DNA of 64,000 nt from assembly GCA_963816145.1 (NCBI GenBank), contig CAWFJP010000023.1:1-64000 (forward strand), in the 5' to 3' direction. Below the pieces are notes generated by a model. The model was not told where the DNA came from and did no database searches. It was given only the letters and a program-made list of their open reading frames with translations. Origin of the DNA: an uncultured delta proteobacterium (GTDB lineage: Bacteria; Desulfobacterota; Binatia; UBA9968). Below are positions 1-9,336 of the stretch, piece after piece. How positions within the stretch are numbered: the stretch's first letter is position 1; every line of letters starts with the position of its first letter. The translations under genes were made by a program, and so were the position numbers.

Positions 1-1441
1 CAATCGCCCTGGGTAAAATACCCATCTTCGTTGGGCAGGGCGGGCGCTCCGTAGGATGCACCCTGGACCGCCTTGAAGGCATCGACCAGGAACAGAGACT
101 TGGCGCTTTCCCTGGCCAATTCTTCGATCCGCTTCTGCAACTCGGCAACTTTTTGCGGGTTCTTGTCGGCAAGGTTGGTTTTCTCGGACGGGTCTTCCGC
201 GATGTTGTAAAGCTCGATAGCGCGACGGCAGCGGCGTCCGCCAGACCAGCTTCCAGTCGCCTCTGACGCAGCCCGCCGCGGAACGGCTCGATGTTGTAAA
301 CCACCTCTTGGCGCGGCGACGGCTTGCCTTCGCTGATGGTGGACCAGACGTTGAGACCGTCGAGCGGTTTTTCCTTCTTGGCGTTGGCGCCGGCTAGCCC
401 AGCCAGCGTCGGGAACATGTCTACCACATGGATCAGTTCTTTCACCTCGCCGGCTTTGATATGGCCCGGCCAGTTGGCGAGCGCCGCCACTCGCGTGCCG
501 CCTTCGTAAAGCATGCCCTTGCCGCCGCGATAGGGGCCGTTCTCGGCTGGCAGCTTGAGCTTGGACACGTCGACATCGCCGGAGAACATGGCGGAGACGT
601 TGCCGCCGTTGTCGCTCATAAAAACGATCAGCGTATTTTCGCGCATTTTCTTTTTGTCGAGCGCCGCCACCACCTTGCCGATCTCATCGTCCATAGAGGT
701 GATCATCGCCGCGTAGGCGCGGCGGGTGGGATCGGCGATATTTTTATATTGGTCGAGGTACTGCTTCGGCGCCTGATACGGCGCGTGCGGCGCGGTGAAA
801 GCGAGGTAGAGAAACAACGGCGTCTTCGGATCGTTTTCGTTAATGCGCGCGACCGCATCTTTGCCGAGCAACTGCGTCACATATCCTTCTTCTTTAACCG
901 GCTGGTTGTTGCGATACCAATCTCTCACCTTCATCGACGAATGCGTGAAGTAATCGATCTCGCCGAGCACGGCGCCGTAGTGGTAATCGAAGCCGCGCTG
1001 GCGTGGCCAGTACTTGCGGTCAGCGTGGCCGAGGTGCCACTTGCCCACCATAACCGTTCTGTAGCCCGCCTCCTTCAGAGCTTGCGGCAGCAGCCATTCG
1101 TCGGTCGGCAGGCCATACTTGCCAGGCGTCGGGATGACCAGGGTCTGCAGGCCATAGCGGAACGGGTAGCGCCCGGTCATCAGCGCCGCCCGCGTCGGCG
1201 TGCACATCGGCTGAACGTAGAACTGTTCAAGCCGCGCGCCTTCCTGGGCGAGCCTATCGATGTGCGGCGTCTTGATATCGGAGCCGTGAAAGCCGACGTC
1301 CTTCCATCCCAAGTCGTCGGCAACGATGTAAACAATATTAGGGCGCGCCGCGGCGCCCCGTTCCGCCGCTTCAACTATTCCCGCTTGAGAGTTTGTTAAA
1401 ACCGCCACAGCAAACAAAAATGACCATAGAAGTGAAGTCAC
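1..1441 (-). CDS. Exported arylsulfatase (Cys-type, CxPxR); 3' end at the window edge; two apparent +1 indels near nt 220-265
   Basis: Manual translation: GTG start after AAGGAAGGA, signal peptide, RPNIVYIVADDLGW, MCTPTRAALMTGRYP, GKWHLG, SDNGG, GKGMLYEGGTRV; after the frame breaks, GDWKLVW and ELYNIAEDPSE. Missing from the ORF track because the frame runs off the window. Confidence 0.9.
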   Translation of the reverse strand, partial: MTSLLWSFLFAVAVLTNSQAGIVEAAERGAAARPNIVYIVADDLGWKDVGFHGSDIKTPHIDRLAQEGARLEQFYVQPMCTPTRAALMTGRYPFRYGLQTLVIPTPGKYGLPTDEWLLPQALKEAGYRTVMVGKWHLGHADRKYWPRQRGFDYHYGAVLGEIDYFTHSSMKVRDWYRNNQPVKEEGYVTQLLGKDAVARINENDPKTPLFLYLAFTAPHAPYQAPKQYLDQYKNIADPTRRAYAAMITSMDDEIGKVVAALDKKKMRENTLIVFMSDNGGNVSAMFSGDVDVSKLKLPAENGPYRGGKGMLYEGGTRVAALANWPGHIKAGEVKELIHVVDMFPTLAGLAGANAKKEKPLDGLNVWSTISEGKPSPRQEVVYNIEPFRGGLRQRRLEAGLADAAAVALSSFTTSRKTRPRKPTLPTRTRKKLPSCRSGSKNWPGKAPSLCSWSMPSRRSRVHPTERPPCPTKMGILPRAI

Positions 1442-1586
1442 GCCGCGGATTCCTTCCTTGAAGACCGTCCTGTATATTGCTAGCCGTCGCCGGATTCGAA
1501 CTATTTCCCGCCCGGCTGAAATCGCCGACTGCCGCTTTCATCCATTGTCACCGCTAGTCGTCGGTGCCGCCGATTACCGTCGTCGC

Positions 1587-3179
1587 TCATTCTTGCGCGG
1601 CAAGCGACGCTTCCTCGGCCTTATGCCAGTGCGGATCCTCGTGACCGAGCAACTCGTCCTTTAAGGAAGCGAAGATCGCCGATGAGATCACCACCAAGGC
1701 GACCGCCATAGCGGCGACGAATGCCGCCTCCTCAGCGATTTGTGGATCCTTCGACAGCGCGTGCCGTGATATAGCCGGCAGGACGAAACCGATGACAATC
1801 GCGCCGATCGCGGCGCCGACATGGTTGCTGAAGGTCCGAGTGCCGAAGAGCGTCGATGCCCAGCGTTTGCCGGTCTGCTTGATGACTCCCATATGGCCGA
1901 ACAGTCGGATCATGCCGAATCCGCTGCCCATTAGGACGAGCGATGGAAAGACCGTGGCATAGCTCGGCTTCTCAGATGCCGCAATAAACCACCAAGCCAT
2001 ACTCAAGACGATCAGGGTGCAGCCGATCAAAGTCTCGATCGGGCGGGTGAGTCCGTACTGCTCGCGGAATCGATGGGCGAGCAGATGCAGAGTGATCAAG
2101 GGGATCGTAAGCGCTAGCATGCCGATGCCTATTTCGGCCGATGAAAGATCAGTGTCCGCCTCGAGAATCACCGGGAAGGCCGCCACGATAACGTAGAGCC
2201 CGCCGACATGGATCGCGCCGAAGAGGTCGGTGATCCATAGGCGCCGGTTGTGCTGGAAGATGTTGGTGTCAAAAAGCGGCTGCGAGGAGTTGCGATTGAG
2301 CAGGAAGAAGCCCCACAGGCAGGCGACCCCAGCAATCACGATGGCCGCGCTGAGCGGTCCGGAGGCTACATGCTCCTTCCCTGTCAACAACGCCAGGTAA
2401 GGGCTCAGTAGGCCGAGGCCGAGCAGCATCGCGGGCAGAAGCAGGGCGAAGCTGAATACGCTGTCCTTATCGCGACGCTCCTTCATCGAGTACGAACCGA
2501 TTCCGACCGCGACTAGCATAAGAACTGCATCGGCGACGAACAGCGACCTCCAGGTCGACCCGGAAGCTATCATCGGTCCGATGACCGGGCCGAGCACCAT
2601 ACCGGCCATGCCCGCGCCGCGCCACAGCAGCCAGGCATCATGGCGTGTCGAACCGTGCATGGTCGACACCAGGACACCGCCAGTGGACGTGAGGACTAAT
2701 CCGGCACTAAAACCCATCAACGCGCGCACCGCAACCAGCGACCACAAGTTGGTCACCGTCAAGCCGAACAGTGCAGCAACTGAAAACGCCACACCGCCGA
2801 TCATAAACATGCGCTTGCGGCCGACAATGTCGGCGATTCGTCCGCCGGCGACAGCGATCATGATGAGCGCCACCGAGTAACTCGCCAACGCGAGTTTGAC
2901 CCGTGAGTGCGTCGCCCCGAGATCATCGGCAAGGACCACGTGGAACATCACGAACACTGTGCTGCCCAACCACGCGAGAAAGACCGACAGCGTGATCGCG
3001 AACAGACTCAGACGACGCTTCTGACGCTTGGCTTTTTTCTTCTCCGCCTTGTCCTCTTTCTTCTGCGCCTTCTTCAGCAGGTGCGCGGCCTCCTCTTCGG
3101 GAGTTCTCGGAACCTTGGGCGGAACAGCTTCGGAAGTCTCCTGAGTCTTGCGCGGCTCGACCGGGGTTGCTTCAGACAT
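1587..3179 (-). CDS. MFS transporter (DHA2-like) with Lys-rich N-terminal extension
   Basis: MFS motif A GRIADIVGRKRMF, many TM segments, GPVIG motif C. Confidence 0.85.
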   Translation of the reverse strand: MSEATPVEPRKTQETSEAVPPKVPRTPEEEAAHLLKKAQKKEDKAEKKKAKRQKRRLSLFAITLSVFLAWLGSTVFVMFHVVLADDLGATHSRVKLALASYSVALIMIAVAGGRIADIVGRKRMFMIGGVAFSVAALFGLTVTNLWSLVAVRALMGFSAGLVLTSTGGVLVSTMHGSTRHDAWLLWRGAGMAGMVLGPVIGPMIASGSTWRSLFVADAVLMLVAVGIGSYSMKERRDKDSVFSFALLLPAMLLGLGLLSPYLALLTGKEHVASGPLSAAIVIAGVACLWGFFLLNRNSSQPLFDTNIFQHNRRLWITDLFGAIHVGGLYVIVAAFPVILEADTDLSSAEIGIGMLALTIPLITLHLLAHRFREQYGLTRPIETLIGCTLIVLSMAWWFIAASEKPSYATVFPSLVLMGSGFGMIRLFGHMGVIKQTGKRWASTLFGTRTFSNHVGAAIGAIVIGFVLPAISRHALSKDPQIAEEAAFVAAMAVALVVISSAIFASLKDELLGHEDPHWHKAEEASLAAQE

Positions 3180-3191
3180 CGCGCATCCTCC

Positions 3192-3765
3192 TCAGACGCT
3201 TTCTACATCGTCGGCCAGCAGCATCTGCGGCACGACCACGAAACGGTACTTCGGTTCGGCGCCAGGCTGACGCACCAGCACCCAGATCAGATCGAATCGC
3301 TCATCCGGCCAATGCTTGGGAACGTCGTCGATGTTAACGATCGGAAAGTGGCCCACGAGTTTCGCCATGGTGCCATGATGCCAGACGATCAACGCTGGTT
3401 CCGGCCGGGCTGAGCACTTCCTTGACCAGGTCTTCTTCATTGCCGTGGGTGTGCGAGTCGACGATGTCAAGCTTCAGGCGCTTGGCGGTCGCCTCCGCGG
3501 TGTGCATCTCCCGCTTGCTCTTCGCTTCGTGGGTCGGCCGGGTGGCGAATATGCGACCCGGGGGCACGATATGGGGATGCGACTTGGAGGGAGCATGGGC
3601 GAACAGACCGGCGAGGGCGCCGGCGCGGGTCCAGCCCTTCACTGAAAGCGAGTGCTCATCGATCTCGCCGTGATGATTGACGCCGTGTGGTTTCGTGCCT
3701 TCCCCAGGCTTCTCGCCATGGCGCACGAACATGATAACTTCAGGAGCTGCGTTATGATTTGCCAC
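3192..3765 (-). CDS. Histidine phosphatase (phosphoglycerate mutase-like) family protein, +1 frameshift near 3412
   Basis: IMFVRHGEKP (RHG motif) in ORF 3334..3777 continues as LIVWHHG...WPDERFDLIWV in ORF 3192..3470. Confidence 0.75.
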
Positions 3766-4082
3766 GTCACACCTCAATCTTTCATCGCCGGCCGGACGTT
3801 GCCGCCGCCGAATTCATGTCGGTAGGAATGATTAGCACGCTTGGTACTCTTGTTGGGCGAATTACTCCCAACCTCGGGCACGGATCGCGCTGCCGGACCA
3901 ACGACCTCGACGGGCCACTTCGACAAATCGCCATCTGTTGCGCCGGGGCGGCGCTCACCCTGGCAATGGCCTTGAGTGGCTGAGACTTCCGATTCATCTC
4001 CGACTCATCGCTTTCGCTCTTCATTGAGTACGCCGTCTTGCCGCGGCAATCAACTGATCGCTGATTACCGCTCACTTTCTCC

Positions 4083-4847
4083 TCAAGACTGATCACTAAC
4101 GACTGATGACTGATCACTTTTTACTGGCCCTTTTCGGGAGCGCAACAAGTACAGCACCAGGGCAATCAATACGAATAGGCCAAGCACATAGAGCCACTGG
4201 GCGTGCCGATGAAAGAAGGCCGCGATGAAATGGATATCACGACCGAGAAAATAAGTTCCGAGCCCCCAGGCGCAAGTCCAGAGCATGGCGCCGGCGACAT
4301 TGTACGCCGTGAACGTCCACCAGGGCATTTGCAAAACACCAGCGACGATCCCATTCAACTGTCTCAGTCCGTCAAGAAATCGCGCTAACAAAACCACCAG
4401 GCCGCCGCGCTGTTGGAAAATATCATCGAGGTGCTGCTGGCGCTGCGGGTTGACCTTGAGCTTGTTCAGCGCCGCCCGACCGCCCCACCGGCCAAGCGCG
4501 TAACCGGCGCTGTTGCCGAGAGTGGCCGCCGCAGTGACTATAAAAAGCAGCAAGGTGATGTTCATCCGTCCTTCAGCCGCCTCCAGCGCTCCCGCCATGA
4601 GCAACGTCTGCCCCGGCGTCGGGACGCCCATGCCTTCCACCATCACAGCCGCAAATGCTGCGCCGTAACCGTAGCGTTGCAACAGCGGCTGTACTTTTGC
4701 CAGTGAGTTTTCGAACCGCCGTGTCATCGCGCTTGGCTGGGGCTCCGCCCCTGCCGCAAAAGATTCCACAGGAGCTAACAAAGTAATCAGAGCAATTCTC
4801 GAAACCGCGCCGGCTGACAGCGTCAAGAAGCATAGCAGGACAGCCAT
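4083..4847 (-). CDS. DedA family membrane protein
   Basis: EGMGVPTPGQTLL, LGNSAGYALGRWGG, LLARFLDGLRQLNGIVAG, FTAYNVAGAMLW; the upstream ORF extension translates repeat DNA. Confidence 0.88.
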   Translation of the reverse strand: MAVLLCFLTLSAGAVSRIALITLLAPVESFAAGAEPQPSAMTRRFENSLAKVQPLLQRYGYGAAFAAVMVEGMGVPTPGQTLLMAGALEAAEGRMNITLLLFIVTAAATLGNSAGYALGRWGGRAALNKLKVNPQRQQHLDDIFQQRGGLVVLLARFLDGLRQLNGIVAGVLQMPWWTFTAYNVAGAMLWTCAWGLGTYFLGRDIHFIAAFFHRHAQWLYVLGLFVLIALVLYLLRSRKGPVKSDQSSVVSDQS

Positions 4848-5028
4848 GCGTCCGACGAGAAGGGATTTGAACAGGAGGTAACGGAGATAACAGAGAATAT
4901 TTGGGGAGGGAACTTTGTTTCCTCTGTTTACTCCTGTGAGAAAATGCCGAGGAAATTTCCCCTCGACACCCGACACCCGACCCTCGCTCATTTCGGACTT
5001 TCTTTCGCTGGCGGCGAATCGGCCGAGG

Positions 5029-7236
5029 TTACTTCGGCGCCAACACCTTGGGAAGAAGAAAAGATACCTGCTTATACACAGATTCGTCGATGACGTTGAG
5101 ACGCGATTCGGACTCGTCGATCGTACTCACGCCCAGCGTCTGGTCGGACATAGTAAACAACGCCGCCATCTTAAGATCACGACGATTTTGGGCAAACTTT
5201 GCCAAATACCACCCTTCCACATCCAATGCCGCGATGGATTTTAACTTCCAGTCCTCCAACAAGGCGAGCGTTTCATGATAGATCGTCGGCACCCGGCCGT
5301 GCTTGGTCTGGGCGTGGACAGTAACCACACTTGACAGTTCTTTGTGATAGGCGTGAGCCAGATTTTGTTGAAACGGCACCGCGACACCGAGGTTATCGAT
5401 AAATTCATTGGGTATCACCACGGCGCCGACTTTATAACTCGCTATGGCCCCTGCGGTGCCCAAATAAACCACCTGACGCGCGCCCTTGTTATAGAAAGTA
5501 TCCATAATGATATTGGCATCGTCGCCATAGACATTGCGCGCAATCACCAGCCGTTGCTTAAATGTCGGGTGGGTAAAGAGATCAATATCCAATCCGGTTT
5601 TGACCAGCGGCTGGCGCCGCCAATTTTGCTCCAGCAAGATTTTTTCCCATTTTCCTTTAAAACCGAACAGCAGCCAATCCTGATCGCTGAGTTTCAAAGA
5701 GTTCCCGGCTGGATTGAAGACAAACAAAGGCAGCTCGGCCTTAGCATGCACCGAATGCATACTTGTAAAGGTATCCGACCGGGAAATTTGACAATAAACA
5801 TCGGCTTCCTGGTCAAGCCCTCGAAGATTGGTGAAAACTATCCGATAGGCGTGCGGTTTTGCTTTTACCGCAATATAAATGTTGCGATGAAGTTGGCCGC
5901 GCCGGGTCTGGAGGAAATAAAAAGTGTCAAATCCGTCGCGCCGATGAAACGCATAGGCGTCTTCAACCGTCTGGTTGTGGGTATAAAGGTCGGTGGACGA
6001 GATCGAGCGGGTCGGAAACTGGTCTCGCAAAAAGCCGGCAAAAGCCTTGGGAAAGCGATCGGAGGTATAGTCCGCGATGTTCATATTATATTTGCCGGTA
6101 GGCGCCGAACAGGCCACGGGCTTTACGCTGACTTTTAGGGATTCCTTCGCTACGCCTTGCTTCTGAACGAAAACCTTTCTCATATTAAAAAGCTTCGCAT
6201 CAGGGTAACCTTCGTAGATACTGGAGATCATATCTTCCGCAACCGGTTTGAATTTGGCGTAGCCCGCGGATCCTTGCAAAGGTTTTAGCGCGGCGTTGGT
6301 AAATTTCTCCGCCCAACGGTCCGCCGATTGACCTCGCTTATAAACCAGAACATTGGCTGAAGAATCCTTGCGATCGCTGCTGCTTGGTCCGCCGTCGGTC
6401 ACGAGAGATACAGCATTCCAACGCGATGTCAGTGCCGCGCACTCCTTGTCCTGCAAAAGATTGGGACAGACTAACTTGAGATCCTGCAAAAACCCTTTCC
6501 AACTTTCATCGAACAAGGCCCCTTGCAACTTTGCCAGGTCCTCGCTGACATCCTGGTACAGGCCAAGTCTCTCAATCACTATTTTCACGGCAGGATCGAT
6601 GAGACCCGCCGTTGCCCCGCCGGATTGAATAACCTTTCGCACCGCGCTCGCCGAGCTGCCCGGTGGTTCTTCGATCTCGACCAACAGTTTCGCATTCGCA
6701 GGCAACGTCTTAGGGTCAAGCGCCGGAGTTGGGGTGTCCGCTTGCTTCAGAGAAAATATCATCCATTGCAGCTTTTGATCGTGCGCCCCTGGCGAAGATT
6801 TCACCGCCTTATAAGCAGCGCTGTCGATGAACTGGATCAGCCGTTCAATGTTTTTATTCTCAAGAAGGGCACGGACTTTATCCTCCCTACTTCCTGGCGC
6901 GGTTACCACCTCAACCCGATCACCGTATTTGCGCAGCGCCTGCCGGACCATCAGTCCACGTTCCGTTGCGGAAGCCAGCGTATCCCCATCGCTGCTTTGG
7001 TCTACCGAGACCACTAGACGCTCGATAGTTTTGCCGATCCCCGCGCATTCTTTCCGAACGCTGGCGTCTCCCAGCGCGCAGCGCATCATGGCGATCTCTG
7101 CCTGAGTCGGCGGATCAAAGGTGCCGGCATACAAACCCACGCTGGCGGCCCTGGCCCCGGGTGCAAACAAAAGCACCAGACTCGCAATAGCAAAGATTAA
7201 AATCGTAAAACGGCCGAAACCCTGTGAACGCGTCAT
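5029..7236 (-). CDS. Exported fusion protein: degenerate NadD/CoaD-type nucleotidyltransferase domain, unknown middle region, C-terminal purine/uridine nucleoside phosphorylase-like domain
   Basis: Signal peptide ending ARA-A. GLYAGTFDPPTQAE (HxGH position degenerate), ASATERGLMV and SSASAVRKVIQSG..GLIDPAVKIVIERLGLY resemble NadD. VVYLGTAGAI..VGAVVIP..ALDVEG..LFTMSD resembles the PNP/UDP fold. Confidence 0.65.
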   Translation of the reverse strand: MTRSQGFGRFTILIFAIASLVLLFAPGARAASVGLYAGTFDPPTQAEIAMMRCALGDASVRKECAGIGKTIERLVVSVDQSSDGDTLASATERGLMVRQALRKYGDRVEVVTAPGSREDKVRALLENKNIERLIQFIDSAAYKAVKSSPGAHDQKLQWMIFSLKQADTPTPALDPKTLPANAKLLVEIEEPPGSSASAVRKVIQSGGATAGLIDPAVKIVIERLGLYQDVSEDLAKLQGALFDESWKGFLQDLKLVCPNLLQDKECAALTSRWNAVSLVTDGGPSSSDRKDSSANVLVYKRGQSADRWAEKFTNAALKPLQGSAGYAKFKPVAEDMISSIYEGYPDAKLFNMRKVFVQKQGVAKESLKVSVKPVACSAPTGKYNMNIADYTSDRFPKAFAGFLRDQFPTRSISSTDLYTHNQTVEDAYAFHRRDGFDTFYFLQTRRGQLHRNIYIAVKAKPHAYRIVFTNLRGLDQEADVYCQISRSDTFTSMHSVHAKAELPLFVFNPAGNSLKLSDQDWLLFGFKGKWEKILLEQNWRRQPLVKTGLDIDLFTHPTFKQRLVIARNVYGDDANIIMDTFYNKGARQVVYLGTAGAIASYKVGAVVIPNEFIDNLGVAVPFQQNLAHAYHKELSSVVTVHAQTKHGRVPTIYHETLALLEDWKLKSIAALDVEGWYLAKFAQNRRDLKMAALFTMSDQTLGVSTIDESESRLNVIDESVYKQVSFLLPKVLAPK

Positions 7237-7594
7237 CGCTTCGCCCTCACTTCGCCGCAGTTCCCGAGGCCCATTTAGTATCATTACAGCGCTCCGTCAC
7301 AGGCGAAATCGCATGCAAATTCCCAAAGACAAATTACCCAACCAATGGTTTTGAATAGGCAACCGCGCTATCTGTAGCCGCCGTGCGGGATTTCAATTCA
7401 CCCATTTCGCCGCGCTGCTGATCGATCATTCTAGCGTCTCACCCTGTTTGATTCTTAACATCAAAATGTTGAACAGGACAACGGCAAGAAAATCCATCGT
7501 GCCAGCACCTCTGCGAGTCAAATCCGAAAGCCGAATTTCTCAAGAGATCCCGCGGACCGAAATAAACGCTGAAACAATCGATGCAGGCGTATAA

Positions 7595-7623
7595 ATGACC
7601 ACGCGCCGATTCGACAATATCGC
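7595..7623 (+). promoter_or_regulatory. Putative sigma70-like promoter of NADAR copy 1 (ATGACC-N17-TATCGC)
   Basis: Aligns with the better-matching copy upstream of the second NADAR gene. Confidence 0.3.
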
Positions 7624-7670
7624 TCCGGTCAGGTAAAAGCTTGGACAAGCATTCTATTCGGTCTTTTATC

Positions 7671-8285
7671 ATGAAACATTTCCGCTCCCCGCTGCTTTGG
7701 CTGCTGCTCCTCCTCGGTACGACCGCAGCGATGATCGTAGCTCAGGCGCCGGCCGCGTTGGCAGCGTCGACGAGCGCCGCGCCGGCGAATAAGCTCAAGT
7801 GGGACGAAAAATTCGCTGGTGTCGTCCACGACGCCAAGAACATTCGTGGCTTCGTCGACGAGTATCGCTGGCTGAGTAATTTCTTCCTCAACCGCGTCGA
7901 GTGGGAGGGCCGCGTTTACAGCTCGGCGGAGGCGGCCTACCAATCGGGCAAATATCCTCCGGCGGAGCGCGATGTGTTCACGACGCTCGACCCCGGCCCG
8001 TCGAAAAAACTTGCAGACATCAACCCCTATGACAAGGCCGTTTGGGCGGCGCGCAAGGAGCGGACCATGCGCGAGGTCGTATGGGCGAAATTTTCGCAGA
8101 ACCCCGAGCTTGGCAAAAAACTCCTGGCAACGGGCGACCGCTACCTCGAAGAGACCAATTGGTGGGGCGATAGACTTTGGGGCGTTTACCAAGGCGAGGG
8201 AGAGAATCTCCTCGGCAAAATCTTGATGGAAACCCGTGCGCGGCTGGCAAAAGAGAGCGCCACGGCATCAGGCAAAACAAAATGA
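7671..8285 (+). CDS. NADAR (YbiA-like) family protein with N-terminal signal peptide, copy 1
   Basis: WLSNF, SAEAAYQSGK, MREVVWAKFSQNPEL, LLATGDRYLEETNWWGDRLWG, GENLLGKILMETR; leader MKHFRSPLLWLLLLLG..ALAA. Confidence 0.9.
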   Translation: MKHFRSPLLWLLLLLGTTAAMIVAQAPAALAASTSAAPANKLKWDEKFAGVVHDAKNIRGFVDEYRWLSNFFLNRVEWEGRVYSSAEAAYQSGKYPPAERDVFTTLDPGPSKKLADINPYDKAVWAARKERTMREVVWAKFSQNPELGKKLLATGDRYLEETNWWGDRLWGVYQGEGENLLGKILMETRARLAKESATASGKTK

Positions 8286-8352
8286 TCCGCCAATTCAGTC
8301 GGAGTTTATGACAAGGGATAGCAAATTGCTCCAGGACGATGCCGGGTTGTGA

Positions 8353-8381
8353 TTGACTACGCGCCGGTTCGATCATATAGC
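8353..8381 (+). promoter_or_regulatory. Putative sigma70-like promoter of NADAR copy 2 (TTGACT-N17-TATAGC)
   Basis: -35/-10 match with 17-bp spacer, conserved between both NADAR upstream regions. Confidence 0.4.
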
Positions 8382-8426
8382 TCCCGTCAAGTCGAAAGGA
8401 CGGGCAAACTTTTTCGCCCCTTTACC

Positions 8427-9020
8427 ATGAAACACTTCATCTCGCCGCTGGTACGGCTGTTGTTCTTACTCGGTGCGACCGCGGCGATCTTGGCGCCGAC
8501 GCCGCCTTCACTGGCGGCGGCCAAGAAGCTCAACTGGTACGACAGTTTCGACGGCGTCGTCCACGACGCCAAGAACATTAAGGGTTTCGTCGGCGAGGAT
8601 CGCTGGCTGAGTAATTTCTTCCCCTGTCGCGTCGAGTGGGATGGCCGCGTTTACGGCTCGGCGGAGGTGGCCTTCCACTCGGCCAAGTATCCTGCAGCGG
8701 AGCGCGACGCGTTCACCAAGCTCGACGCCGAACAGGCGCGGAAGCTTTCGCGCACCAAGCCCTACGACAAGGCCGCTTGGGAGACGCGCAAGCTGCGAGT
8801 GATGCACGAGATTGTTTGGGCAAAATTTTCGCAGAACCCCGAGCTTGGGAAAAAGCTCCTGGCGACCGGAGACCGTTACCTCGAGGAGACCAACTGGTGG
8901 GGCGATAAAGTTTGGGGCGTTTACAAAGGCGAGGGGGAGAATCTGACGGGAAAAGTTTTAATGGATACCCGCGCACGTCTCGCCAAAGAGCGCGCCGCTG
9001 AATCGGCGAAAGCGAAATAA
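8427..9020 (+). CDS. NADAR (YbiA-like) family protein with N-terminal signal peptide, copy 2
   Basis: Tandem paralog with the same motifs (SAEVAFHSAK, LEETNWWGDKVWG, GENLTGKVLM); leader MKHFISPLVRLLFLLG..SLAA. Confidence 0.9.
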   Translation: MKHFISPLVRLLFLLGATAAILAPTPPSLAAAKKLNWYDSFDGVVHDAKNIKGFVGEDRWLSNFFPCRVEWDGRVYGSAEVAFHSAKYPAAERDAFTKLDAEQARKLSRTKPYDKAAWETRKLRVMHEIVWAKFSQNPELGKKLLATGDRYLEETNWWGDKVWGVYKGEGENLTGKVLMDTRARLAKERAAESAKAK

Positions 9021-9259
9021 TCCGCCACGTCGGTGGGCTTTTGTGACCAGCGGTAAAGTGGGCCTTTCCCCGCCGCTCAATTCTACTTTGCAACTGAACG
9101 TTGAACACCATAACGAAAAAATCCATCAGGCCAATAGGCGAGCTCGATAAAGCGGGTTCATAAAGGGGCAAGAAAAACCCGCTCCGCTAGTTCGGAAATT
9201 TTCCGCCGCATCGCGGTTAGCAAGGAGGCCGTCGACGCAAGATCGATCACAAATCCCGC

Positions 9260-9335
9260 CACTCGACCCTCGACACTTTTTTCTCCACCCTCGACCCTCG
9301 ACACCCTTCCCTCGGCTCTCGACACTCGCCCCTTC
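9260..9335. repeat. Heptamer array (CACTCGA/CCCTCGA/CACTCGT type); further arrays near 4960, 11300, 15200, 31210-31290, 45885-45965, 46060, 47335, 50280, 52350, 52920-53000, 54685-54780
   Basis: Visible tandem actcgac/cctcgac/cacttt units. Confidence 0.8.
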
Positions 9336-9336
9336 C

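Noticed and set aside
428-1399. 323-aa plus-strand ORF
   Set aside because: Antisense shadow of the minus-strand sulfatase; no recognisable motifs
4848-4991. N-terminal extensions of ORFs 4083..4991, 30627..31271, 35052..35624 and 54246..54743
   Set aside because: They translate intergenic repeat DNA; downstream starts fit better
7300-9330. DarT-NADAR toxin-antitoxin system
   Set aside because: No ADP-ribosyltransferase ORF is recognisable next to the NADAR genes, and both carry export leaders
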